A stretch of 64,000 nucleotides of DNA from Callorhinchus milii (taxonomy: Eukaryota). Shown here piece after piece: positions 63,755-64,000 of the stretch. The translations under genes and the position numbers were made by a program. Where the stretch lies: the NCBI RefSeq assembly GCF_018977255.1, contig NW_024704743.1:54996001-55060000 (forward strand). Direction: 5' to 3'. The first letter of the stretch is position 1. Every line of letters starts with the position of its first letter. The notes beneath the pieces are model-generated. The model saw only the letters and a program-made list of their open reading frames with translations. It did no database searches and was not told where the DNA came from.

Positions 63755-64000
63755 CTAGGAAGAACAAATAAAAAGATAGCATGTTAAAATGTGACACATG
63801 CAAAATACATTGTAAATAAAATAATTTCACTTTTGTTTCATTTATACCACTTGCTTTTTTTTTGGATTGGGTAGACTTATTTGTCAGAAAACTCGTCAAC
63901 CAAAACAGCTGTGAACACATCAGTCCAAAAGCAAATCATAATTGCTTATAAGAGAGAACAAATAAGCATCACCACACACCAGATGAGCCTGTGCAGTCCT

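Overview
Eukaryotic, AT-rich, CpG-depleted vertebrate DNA. The repeat content (Deu-domain SINEs, a young tRNA-Ala SINE, L2 and CR1 LINE remnants) suggests a cartilaginous fish, possibly a chimaera; this is inference. The only gene I can support is the 3' part of an aryl hydrocarbon receptor (AHR) on the minus strand. Seven coding exons, equivalent to human exons 5-11, lie between 63754 and 43616. All have canonical GT-AG junctions, and exons 5-9 have the lengths I recall for human AHR (124/131/203/110/142 nt). A probable ~4.1-kb 3'UTR ends near an AATAAA at 39511-39516. Exons 1-4 lie beyond the right edge. Positions 1-39 kb are intergenic and mostly transposon debris, and nearly all ORFs in the track there are repeat-derived or spurious. 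The most interesting unexplained structure is in the last AHR intron: a 686-bp element with ~62-bp terminal inverted repeats and TTAA flanks (piggyBac-like MITE). Its loop holds a candidate in-frame 57-nt cassette exon. Other leads are atypical residues in the PAS domains, a NAGNAG acceptor, a near-identical inverted SINE pair in intron 5, an unclassified hairpin-ended dispersed repeat, and a bZIP/E-box motif cluster at 19.4-20.3 kb. No prokaryotic systems or CRISPR arrays are present. Exon coordinates were counted by hand; repeat boundaries are approximate.
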